A DNA stretch of 64,000 nucleotides from Phycisphaerae bacterium (lineage in GTDB: Bacteria; Planctomycetota; Phycisphaerae; UBA1845): assembly GCA_963666835.2 (NCBI GenBank), contig CAXXGO010000003.1:416001-480000 (forward strand), read 5' to 3'. Positions 50,071 to 57,982 of this stretch are shown one piece after another. The notes under the pieces were generated by a model. It saw only the letters and a program-made list of their open reading frames with translations. It was not told the origin of the DNA and ran no database searches. Numbering within the stretch: position 1 is the stretch's first letter; each line of letters starts with the position of its first letter. A program made the translations under genes and the position numbers.

Positions 50071-51189
50071 TCATTTCTCCCCCTGCGCAAACTTCTCGTA
50101 GCGGACCAGATCTGAAGGATGCACCGAAGGGGGATTCTCCTCGATCGCCGTCAGAACGTCCGCCACCGAGATCGGCCGCGGCTCCTGCCCCGCAATCGCC
50201 TCCATAAACGGGCGCTGGGCAGCCCGCTGGGCAATACTCTTGATGTCGGCCCCGCTGTATCCGGCAAGCCGGTCGCATAGTGCGCCGAAATCCACATCGT
50301 CCGCCAGCGGCCGGTCTCCGAAGTGGATTTCCAGCAGTCTATACCGTGCCGGAGCGTCCGGCAGACCCACGTGGATCTTCGCATCGAGCCGACCGGGGCG
50401 GAGCATGGCCTCGTCCAACATCCAAGGCCGGTTTGTGGCTCCGACAAACAGCAGAGCTCGATCGCCTCTGCGGTCGAAACCCTCCAGCTCCTGCAGAATC
50501 TGCGGCACAACCCGTTGCATAACCGTCGAGCTGTCGCTCTTTCGCTTTGGTACCAGAGCCTCCGTCTCGTCGAGGAAGATCACCGACGTAGGTTCCGCCT
50601 TGGCTGCGTCAAAAAGCTTCTGAATGTTCTGCTCCGCCTCCCCGACCCACTTGCTGAGCATCTGCGCCGGGCTGACTACGAAGAACGTAGCGTCAATCTC
50701 GTGGGCAATGGCCTTGGCGATCATCGTTTTGCCCGTACCCGGCGGGCCGTACAGCAAGATACCCCCGCCGCGGCCAATCCCATACTTCTGAGCCAGCTCA
50801 GGATGCGCAAACGGGTAAATCATCTTTAGCCGGATCTCCTCCTTGACATCATCCAGCCCGGCAATGTCCTCGAAACCGATGGTCGGCTTGTCTTTAACGA
50901 TCCAGTCCGAGGCATCCGCCCCGGAGTCGCCCTCTTTCTCGCGTTGCCGCTGGCGGGCGGCTTTCGGTGACTTGTGCAAACGATCGCAGTCCTTGGCCAG
51001 GTCGATCAACTCCGCGGCCAGCTCCTCGTGCTGACGCTGGGCCTCGGGCGATTGGGTCGCCGCGGCCAGCTCGATCATGCACTCGGCCGCATCGACCAGA
51101 TACGCCTTGGCCGCCAAGTAGTCGCCCTTCTGATAAGCGGCCACCCCTTTGCTCTTGAGTCGATCAAATGTGGCAAACGAAACTGCCAT
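50071..51189 (-). CDS. Vps4/CdvC-like AAA ATPase with N-terminal MIT-like three-helix domain
   Basis: Single AAA domain: KPTIGFEDIAGL, GILLYGPPGTGKT, LSKWVGE, IFLDE, ATNRPWMLD; C-terminal PSV...DL.RYEKF helix. N-terminal A-YQKGDY-AA-Y...AAELIDLA helices are MIT-like. Confidence 0.8.
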   Translation of the reverse strand: MAVSFATFDRLKSKGVAAYQKGDYLAAKAYLVDAAECMIELAAATQSPEAQRQHEELAAELIDLAKDCDRLHKSPKAARQRQREKEGDSGADASDWIVKDKPTIGFEDIAGLDDVKEEIRLKMIYPFAHPELAQKYGIGRGGGILLYGPPGTGKTMIAKAIAHEIDATFFVVSPAQMLSKWVGEAEQNIQKLFDAAKAEPTSVIFLDETEALVPKRKSDSSTVMQRVVPQILQELEGFDRRGDRALLFVGATNRPWMLDEAMLRPGRLDAKIHVGLPDAPARYRLLEIHFGDRPLADDVDFGALCDRLAGYSGADIKSIAQRAAQRPFMEAIAGQEPRPISVADVLTAIEENPPSVHPSDLVRYEKFAQGEK

Positions 51190-51210
51190 GCGGTCCCTTT
51201 GGGCTTGTTC

Positions 51211-51585
51211 CTATTCGCGCCTCGTCACCGGGAGCCGGCGAACACGAATCGCTGTATCTCCGATCACGACAATCGCCCCGCGGACGAGGTCATCGTCAAG
51301 CTCATCCAGATTCGCGAGCAAAGCAGATGTATGCTCCTCTGGTCGACCGTTGTGCATTCTGAGGATGATGACCGACGGTTGGGCGTCAAACGAGCCTGCT
51401 AGCAACGTGCCGAAGTCCGTGTCCTGCGTAATGATGACACGTTCTTCGTCTGCCGCACGCCGGAGAATAGTCGCATCGTCAGCGGCCGCCAGTCCCAGAT
51501 CGCGAACGTGTACCGCATCGTTCCCCTCGGCTGCCAGATCGCGTGCAACTCTCCACGAAACGGCTTGGTCAACCAAGAACCTCAT
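51211..51585 (-). CDS. DUF5615 PIN-like toxin (VapC45-type)
   Basis: MRFLVDQ, HVRDLGL..ADD..I, RVIITQDTDFG. Confidence 0.9.
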   Translation of the reverse strand: MRFLVDQAVSWRVARDLAAEGNDAVHVRDLGLAAADDATILRRAADEERVIITQDTDFGTLLAGSFDAQPSVIILRMHNGRPEEHTSALLANLDELDDDLVRGAIVVIGDTAIRVRRLPVTRRE

Positions 51586-51586
51586 C

Positions 51587-51829
51587 TCAGGATCCAGTCT
51601 CTTTCAGTGGGACAATCCGGTCTTCGGTCAGTGTTGCGGCATAGCGCAGCGCCTCGACAATATCTTCTTCCTCGAGATCGGGGTATGCCTCCAGGATCTC
51701 ACCGTGAAGCATACCACTGGCCAAGCAACGTACGACGGTGGCGACGGGGATCCGCAAACCGCGAATGCACGCCTGCCCACCCATCTGTTTGGGATCAAAA
51801 GTCAACCGTCCCCATTCCATTGTTCTCAT
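51587..51829 (-). CDS. DUF433 antitoxin (VapB45-type)
   Basis: DPKQMGGQACIRGLRIPV, EILEAYPDLEEEDI.EAL.YAA. Confidence 0.92.
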   Translation of the reverse strand: MRTMEWGRLTFDPKQMGGQACIRGLRIPVATVVRCLASGMLHGEILEAYPDLEEEDIVEALRYAATLTEDRIVPLKETGS

Positions 51830-52048
51830 CCTTCACGCAATCACCGTCTGTCACGCAGAAAGCCCCGGTTTCCGCGCCGTAGTGTCTACCCCAAGAACTC
51901 AAGCCCCATCGCAATTGGCAACTCGGCGGAAGCCCCCCCTTCTCAAAACGAAATTTCATTATCGTGCTCGTGCGGAACAAACACCAAACCCTATGATAAG
52001 AGCCCCCCTCATACCAGCAACGTATTCGTGCCACACGAATTCCCAGCA

Positions 52049-52774
52049 TCAAAGCTCCTCGAAGAAGCGATTCTGCCAGTCCGGAATGCCGTTCACTCCT
52101 GGGCACGCTCCGGTGTAAGGTTGTTCAAGAACTCGCGCCGGGATCCAAACATACTCGTGTTCTCTCAATGTCGCACGTACTGTTTGGCGGACTTCATCCT
52201 TGAGCCCGTCTTCATTGACAATCCCAGCCAGCCGACCGAAGTTGCTCGCACATATCCGTGCATAACCCCATTCCTCGTTATTGATAAGGCAAACAGCCGG
52301 CAACCGGACAGCGCCATGATAGCTCGCGTCCTGTATTTGCGGGCACATCTCCACCTTCGCTTGATCCGGAGAACAGTCAAAATCAGTAGTCAGGTTGAGA
52401 GAGAGCTTCGTGCAGAGATCATCCGCAAACCGCCTGAACTCATCGACCGCAACATCCCAGACAAAACCAAACGGGCATTCACTGCGCTTCGGGTCATCTG
52501 CCTCTGACAGAACCTCTAACCACACGACATCTGCCGGCCTCTTGAGACGCGGAGACTCCATTGAGTTCGGTGTCGTATCATTCCGCGCACTGTTGGCGTT
52601 CTCAATCCTATCCTGGCCGATAGCCAGCACCGCCTCGCTCAGCGACAAACCGAAAACACCGCGGATCACTCGGATGGAGGAAACCGCAGTAGCTCCATCT
52701 GACATCAGCGTATCGAACACATCCACCGGCGTTGCACCGCTTGTCTTTAACTCCACGTATTTCGTCGTGTCCAT
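52049..52774 (-). CDS. Hypothetical protein (appears lower in GC than its flanks)
   Basis: 241-aa ORF; N-terminal SIRVIRGVFGLSLSEA resembles a ribosomal L7/L12-like helical motif. Confidence 0.6.
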   Translation of the reverse strand: MDTTKYVELKTSGATPVDVFDTLMSDGATAVSSIRVIRGVFGLSLSEAVLAIGQDRIENANSARNDTTPNSMESPRLKRPADVVWLEVLSEADDPKRSECPFGFVWDVAVDEFRRFADDLCTKLSLNLTTDFDCSPDQAKVEMCPQIQDASYHGAVRLPAVCLINNEEWGYARICASNFGRLAGIVNEDGLKDEVRQTVRATLREHEYVWIPARVLEQPYTGACPGVNGIPDWQNRFFEEL

Positions 52775-52946
52775 TGTACGGCTCGCGACTCAGGCGGTAT
52801 TCCTTGGATCGGTGCGAACGCAAGTGACGAAGCTCTGCTCTTGCCACCCAGGCCACCTCGAACCACTTTGCCGCTCCTTGGCACAGGTAGAATAGGGGAA
52901 AGCACTCTCGACTGTCCCAATGCTCTTGCCCACGAGTGGATCCCCT

Positions 52947-53555
52947 CTACTTCTGCTTCTCCCCCTCGCCCTTGAGGGCGTTCAGTTCGGCACGCAGGCC
53001 GGCGAGTTTGTCTAGTTCCTTCTGATGCTCCGCTTCCGTCTCGGCGTCGATCAGGCGGTCGATCTCGTCGTCGGTGACGACCTCGCCCGCCTTGCTCATC
53101 TCAATGTCTTGGGCGGCGACGTCCTCCACCGTATCGAGGAACATATCCATCCGCTCTTCCATGGTCTGAGACTGCACCATGGCCTTCTCCCAATCGGCCT
53201 GGGTCTTGACCAGATCCGTCTCGCCGAAGAGCTTGCCGATCTCCCCGGCCATCATCCCCATCGCCTGGGCAAAATCGGCCGACGCCTCCGCCTGCCGCTT
53301 GACCAACAAAGCGTTCTTGACGGACAGAAGCTGTCTTTCGAGCATCCGGCGGATAGTGGCGGTCTTCTTGAGCGAGTTGCGAATGAAGACGTATTGCTGG
53401 GTGTCGCCGATCTTCTTGGCGTGCTGGGCGTTCTTGATGAACTCATCCTGGAACTTGCCCTGCTCGCGAATCGACTTCTCTATCCGGCGGATCCCCTGCC
53501 GGATCTTGATGTCTCGTTCGATCCGCCGCTCTTCCGGTGATTTGAAAAGTCCCAT
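52947..53555 (-). CDS. ESCRT-III (Snf7 superfamily, Vps2/Vps24/CHMP2-3-like) protein
   Basis: 202 aa, all helical. MGLFK N-terminus; basic hairpin KIRQGIRRIEKSIRE...AKKIGD; acidic DDEIDRLI helix; C-terminal LAGLRAELNALK (MIM1-like). By eye it matches the CHMP3 layout. Confidence 0.7.
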   Translation of the reverse strand: MGLFKSPEERRIERDIKIRQGIRRIEKSIREQGKFQDEFIKNAQHAKKIGDTQQYVFIRNSLKKTATIRRMLERQLLSVKNALLVKRQAEASADFAQAMGMMAGEIGKLFGETDLVKTQADWEKAMVQSQTMEERMDMFLDTVEDVAAQDIEMSKAGEVVTDDEIDRLIDAETEAEHQKELDKLAGLRAELNALKGEGEKQK

Positions 53556-53642
53556 GAGAATTAACTCTCAGATATCCAAACGCGTCCACCGGCCAACCGC
53601 CGCAACCGATTACAGCTTCCCCCGGCGCCCCTGAGCCCGCGG

Positions 53643-53858
53643 TCAATAATACTCGCGCTCCGGAATGATAAGCCAAAGCACGAGGTAGATGACGCACATA
53701 ATGAAACCGGGAAAACCAATTGGCAGTATCGATAACAGTGCATAAACCACCCGCACGGCAACCGGGTCAATACCCAGGTACTCGCCGAGTCCGCCGCACA
53801 CCCCGCCGACCCATCGGTTGGCCACGCTTCTTCGCAACTGCTTCGGATAACCATTCAC
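53643..53858 (-). CDS. pspC: PspC domain protein
   Basis: LRRS..NRWVGGVCGGLGEYLGIDP..VRV...YLVLWLIIPE. Confidence 0.92.
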   Translation of the reverse strand: MNGYPKQLRRSVANRWVGGVCGGLGEYLGIDPVAVRVVYALLSILPIGFPGFIMCVIYLVLWLIIPEREYY

Positions 53859-53906
53859 CGTCTTAATCTCATTCCATCCGCCACCGCGGTCCGCCCGCCG
53901 ACCCGG

Positions 53907-54512
53907 CTACTGTTCGGGAGCCGCTTGTCTTTCCCGCACGCTCCGATCGGCTTCGTCGAAGCCCTCGGTTGTGTCGGTGATAGCCCCGGCGTCCATCTTC
54001 TCCCACACGTTCATTACGGTCTGCCCCGCTTCTGTCAGACCGGCGGCACCTTCGTCCACCGTAGCCCCCAACGCGAGAATCTCGTCCAGCCTCTCCTGGT
54101 AGACCTCGGCCCTGATCCCGTCCGACTCGATTAGCTTGCCGAGCCGCAGCATGTCCGCTTCACTGATCAACCCCAGCTTCGACGATTGCCCGGCTCGTTC
54201 GGTGTTCTCGCGCAACATACGCAGGCGGGATACGGTCATCATCTCTTTGCTGCGGACGTTGAGCTGCCGCGAGAGCATCAACTGCTCACTCGTGCGCAGT
54301 TCAAACTCCTGGGCGTAAGCCCGCCGAAGCTCCGGAGTCTTTTCCTGGGCTCCGCGCTCGAAGATCCCCTGCTTCTCCTTGGCAAGCTTCGCGATCTTGT
54401 TGAGCAGGCGCGTACGGTCCTTCTCGAGCAGCAGTTCCTGCCGCCGCAACTCCGTCCGCGTCATCCGCGAGAGCGGTCTCTTTCGCTTGGTGAGCCATTC
54501 GAGAAAGGCCAT
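53907..54512 (-). CDS. ESCRT-III/Snf7-like coiled-coil protein
   Basis: 201 aa. Amphipathic MAFLEWLTKRK N-terminus, basic helical hairpin, acidic C-terminal half. Confidence 0.55.
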   Translation of the reverse strand: MAFLEWLTKRKRPLSRMTRTELRRQELLLEKDRTRLLNKIAKLAKEKQGIFERGAQEKTPELRRAYAQEFELRTSEQLMLSRQLNVRSKEMMTVSRLRMLRENTERAGQSSKLGLISEADMLRLGKLIESDGIRAEVYQERLDEILALGATVDEGAAGLTEAGQTVMNVWEKMDAGAITDTTEGFDEADRSVRERQAAPEQ

Positions 54513-54578
54513 AGTCAACACATCCCCCGCAAAGCGGAAAAACCCACTAGTGACATCGCATCGTCACAATACCGACTT

Positions 54579-56042
54579 TCAGATAGCCTCCGGATCGGCC
54601 GGTCGATCCTTCTGCTTCTCAGGCACGTCCGTAGTACCGGAGTCCGCCAGCGGCGGCATGGCCGAATCCGCCGCGGCGGTCGAAGCCGGCTCCTCCGCGG
54701 TCGGGGCTGCCTTGTCCGGCTCGACCGGGGCGGCGGCGGGCCCCTCGAACTCGCGCAGGATGGCCAGCTCATCTTCGCTCATTAGGGCTTGTTCCATGCC
54801 GGTTTCGAGCCCCCCGACCATCTCCGCGTCGGCCTGCAGCGTCTCGAGCATCTCCTCGGCCGCGACGGCGTGTTCGGTCAGCTCCGTTGTGTCGGGCAGC
54901 TTGGCCGCCTCGCCCTGCTGGATCAACGTCAAGTTGTGGATGTCCGTACTGATGATGTTGATCTGCTGATTCAGCATCGCCGCAGTCGTGTTCTGCCGAG
55001 AGATATCCTTGCGCATCTGGGCCAGTTGCGCCGCGATCCGCCGCCGCGGAACTTGCGACGTCGCAGCCTTGCCCTCTTCGAGGAGCGTAGCCTCCTTCTT
55101 CTCCAGCTTGCCGATGTCTTCGTAGATCCGATCGCGGCGTTGGGCCAGCGCCGCCCGCCGTTCCGCCAGCAAGTTGATCTTCTCCGCGTCGTCGCCTTCG
55201 CCGGAGAAGAGCTGTTTGATTCGATCGATGACGTTCATCGAGTGTCTCTCCTGACGGTGCACTGGTGCACCCCGGAACAACAGGAATTCGCCTTCCTTAC
55301 GGGTGAGGCGTAGCTCCGGCTCAGCGTCCGCCACTTGCTGGAATCCCGCGCGGACTACCTCCTCAGGAAGTCCCGTCTCTCTAGCTACCGACGATACCGA
55401 TAACCCGCCGGTGAGCAAGTCGGCGCTGCGGGCTTCGATCCCGTCACGAACCCGCTCCAGTTTCTGCTTCGCCCCTTCCGGATCGAATATTTTCAACAAC
55501 CGCGGATCCACATTTTCGCCGCCGCCGGTGGTCTTCCAGCCACCGCACCCGTCCGGCTCAATCAACACCACGGTTACATCCCCGGCAGAAAGTGAAGCCG
55601 CCCGAGCCTCTTGCGAAAAGCCCGTTGTGCTGCACACGCCGATGATGTGCGGCACCCGCTCGTCGGCTACCAACTTGCGAACGTGATCGCTCAGCTCCCC
55701 CAGACCGATCGGCGGCGGTTCGCTACTGCCCGGGTCGGCGAAGTGACTCAAGGGCGACAGAACCGAGGCAACCGCGACCCCTGTCCGTCGCTTCCAAAAT
55801 AGAAAACGACGTTCATAGCCATGTAGCGCGATCCGACGGTTGGCCGGAAGCGTTTTGAGCAGTTCACGGTCGTAATTGCGGTTCTTGGCCATCAAAGCCC
55901 GCAGCCGGTCACCCTCGTCATGCTGCGACCGCTGCCAGGATGATCCGCGTAAGTACTTTCGCTTCGCCGCTCCCAGATTCGCCTCGACCCCCGAGAGGAA
56001 CTCGGTCTCGTACTGAAGAGCTTTCGATGCGTCAATCGTCAT
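54579..56042 (-). CDS. Fusion protein: Mrr/REase-like fold, winged helix, C-terminal ESCRT-III (Snf7/Vps20-like) domain
   Basis: IIGVCSTTGFSQEAR...VVLIE (Mrr_cat-like); LSVSSVARETGLPEEVV...LRLTRKEGEFLLFR (wHTH); then MNVIDRIKQLFSG and a long helical hairpin with an acidic Pro-rich tail. Confidence 0.55.
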   Translation of the reverse strand: MTIDASKALQYETEFLSGVEANLGAAKRKYLRGSSWQRSQHDEGDRLRALMAKNRNYDRELLKTLPANRRIALHGYERRFLFWKRRTGVAVASVLSPLSHFADPGSSEPPPIGLGELSDHVRKLVADERVPHIIGVCSTTGFSQEARAASLSAGDVTVVLIEPDGCGGWKTTGGGENVDPRLLKIFDPEGAKQKLERVRDGIEARSADLLTGGLSVSSVARETGLPEEVVRAGFQQVADAEPELRLTRKEGEFLLFRGAPVHRQERHSMNVIDRIKQLFSGEGDDAEKINLLAERRAALAQRRDRIYEDIGKLEKKEATLLEEGKAATSQVPRRRIAAQLAQMRKDISRQNTTAAMLNQQINIISTDIHNLTLIQQGEAAKLPDTTELTEHAVAAEEMLETLQADAEMVGGLETGMEQALMSEDELAILREFEGPAAAPVEPDKAAPTAEEPASTAAADSAMPPLADSGTTDVPEKQKDRPADPEAI

Positions 56043-56048
56043 CTCGAT

Positions 56049-56318
56049 CTACTTCCGATCAGGGGGGCCATCAATCAACGGTGCTCCGCACTGGCTGCAG
56101 TATCGCCCTTCACGAACTTCGGTCTTGCCACATTGCTCCCTCGAACAGACTCGCACTCGGGGTCTTTGTCCTCGACCACCCCGCGGACCGCGAAGGACGG
56201 CGAAGAACCCCTTGCCGACCTCCCCGAAAGCCCGCGCAATGACATACAACAAGCCAAACAACAGGGCCGCGATCCCCAGTACGAGAATGAGAATGATAAC
56301 CAGAGCATCACCGGTCAT
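56049..56318 (-). CDS. Small single-TM protein with C-terminal zinc ribbon
   Basis: N-terminal TM; CSREQCG...YCSQCG. Confidence 0.75.
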   Translation of the reverse strand: MTGDALVIILILVLGIAALLFGLLYVIARAFGEVGKGFFAVLRGPRGGRGQRPRVRVCSREQCGKTEVREGRYCSQCGAPLIDGPPDRK

Positions 56319-56337
56319 CCCCGCCCCCCTAACGTAC

Positions 56338-57366
56338 TCACTTCAGAACACTCAGGTCGTTGCCGCAGAAGATGCAGAACCGATCACTCGCATGCACGAA
56401 GGCCTGGCAAGCGGCGCATCGCGGCACCGATGCCACCAGTTGCTGCCCGCATTGTATACAGAACTGATCGTCGCGGTGGACCGGGTTGTTGCACGCCGGG
56501 CAAACCGGATCCCCCCCCGGCGGCACCCAACACCGCGAGGCCGCCCGCTCCGTCTCCGCCGGCGCCCCCGCCACAGCGTCCAGCATCTGCCGCGCGGAGG
56601 AGAATCGTCTTTCGTATCCCGTGTACGACCGCTGGAATACCTGATCCAAATGGGCGGGAACCCCGGACCGCAACGAACTCGGCAAATCACCGCCCTGAGG
56701 CTTCTTGCCGGTCAGCATCTCGAACAGGACTACTCCGCATGAAAACAGGTCACTGCGTGCATCCAGCTCTGCACCTTCCCGTTGTTCCGGAGACATATAA
56801 GCCAGAGTACCCGCAATGCTCCGCCCCTCTTCGGTCTGCATGCTCCCGCTCTGCATTATCGATTGCGCGGTGACACCGCCCACGCGCCCGAGACCGAAAT
56901 CCGTAATCTTGACAGATTGCTCACTGATGGAGGCAAGCTCCTCGAGCGGATGACTCAACAGCACGTTCGCCGGCTTGATGTCTCGATGGACAAGATTGTT
57001 CTCATGCGCCGCCGCCAGCGCTTGAAGGATTCCCCGAAGGACCGCCACGGCCGCACCGACGGGAAACTCCCCCTGATACCGATCAACCGCCTCCCGCAGA
57101 GACGGGCCGTCCACGTACTCCATAACCAGATACGGCGGGTCGGCATAGGGATCGAGATCAATGGCCCGGACGATGTTGGGATGGCGTAACCCGTGCACCG
57201 CAGTACCCTCGCGCTGCAGGTTCCGAACAAACTGCGGGTCGGTCGGGATCTTGATGGCCACCGCCTCACCGAACACGTGATGGCGCGCCCGCCAGACCTC
57301 GCCGAAGCTGCCCGCCCCGACGCGCTGCTCAAGCAAATAGTTGCTTATCCGGTCTCCCTCTTTCAC
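56338..57366 (-). CDS. Ser/Thr protein kinase with C-terminal double zinc ribbon
   Basis: GTG 57366 after GGAGGG. GAGSFGEV, VAIK, HRDIKPAN, DFGLG, YMSPEQ; CPAC..FCIQCG and CAAC..FCIFCG. Confidence 0.92.
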   Translation of the reverse strand: MKEGDRISNYLLEQRVGAGSFGEVWRARHHVFGEAVAIKIPTDPQFVRNLQREGTAVHGLRHPNIVRAIDLDPYADPPYLVMEYVDGPSLREAVDRYQGEFPVGAAVAVLRGILQALAAAHENNLVHRDIKPANVLLSHPLEELASISEQSVKITDFGLGRVGGVTAQSIMQSGSMQTEEGRSIAGTLAYMSPEQREGAELDARSDLFSCGVVLFEMLTGKKPQGGDLPSSLRSGVPAHLDQVFQRSYTGYERRFSSARQMLDAVAGAPAETERAASRCWVPPGGDPVCPACNNPVHRDDQFCIQCGQQLVASVPRCAACQAFVHASDRFCIFCGNDLSVLK

Positions 57367-57407
57367 AAAGACGATCCCTCCACCGCCATCCACAATCACA
57401 AGGCGAA

Positions 57408-57812
57408 TCAGACCTCCTCCAGCCGCTCGGCTTGGAATTCGCACACCTTGAAATTGTAGACTCCGGCCGCAAGAAAACCAAGTACCAGGACCACCCACGT
57501 CAGGGCGGCATGCCCAGTCACCCTCCCGATCATCCAGAAAGCCACCAGAACGTCGGCCAGCAGATACCCGATCAGCATGACTGCGGCGGCCACGTTGGAG
57601 TCCTTCGAGACCACCCATGACGTCACGAAAAACGTGGCCCACGGCAGAACCAGCACGAACCCCAGCCACGCAACAACATACTTGACCGTTGACCAGATCG
57701 TCTCCAACTGCTCGGGATGATTCCAGAACCAGATTACGGCTCCCGCCCCCGAGACGACCAGAACGGCGGTCACTACCTTGCTACCTACGTATTGTCCAAT
57801 GGCGGCCAGCAT
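57408..57812 (-). CDS. 4-TM membrane protein
   Basis: GAGGAG SD; four hydrophobic segments; first gene of the cluster. Confidence 0.75.
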   Translation of the reverse strand: MLAAIGQYVGSKVVTAVLVVSGAGAVIWFWNHPEQLETIWSTVKYVVAWLGFVLVLPWATFFVTSWVVSKDSNVAAAVMLIGYLLADVLVAFWMIGRVTGHAALTWVVLVLGFLAAGVYNFKVCEFQAERLEEV

Positions 57813-57982
57813 CCGATTGGGCTCCTCATCTGGCAGCGTCCCCACCAAGCAGGGACCATCCCGGGCTCCCACGTATACTCTACCGCAGAATACCGGCGCC
57901 GGCGATTACAAAGTCCGCATCACTCTGTAGTGTTGATTCGAGGAAAAGCGATGATTATCCACAAAATCCGACATGGACGGGA

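Noticed and set aside
52947..56042. Ordinary PspA/Vipp1 paralogues
   Set aside because: They lack the typical PspA pattern (e.g. EDP..ML.Q...DM, A..AL..G.EDLAR.AL) and fit Snf7/CHMP layouts better by eye. This needs profile confirmation.
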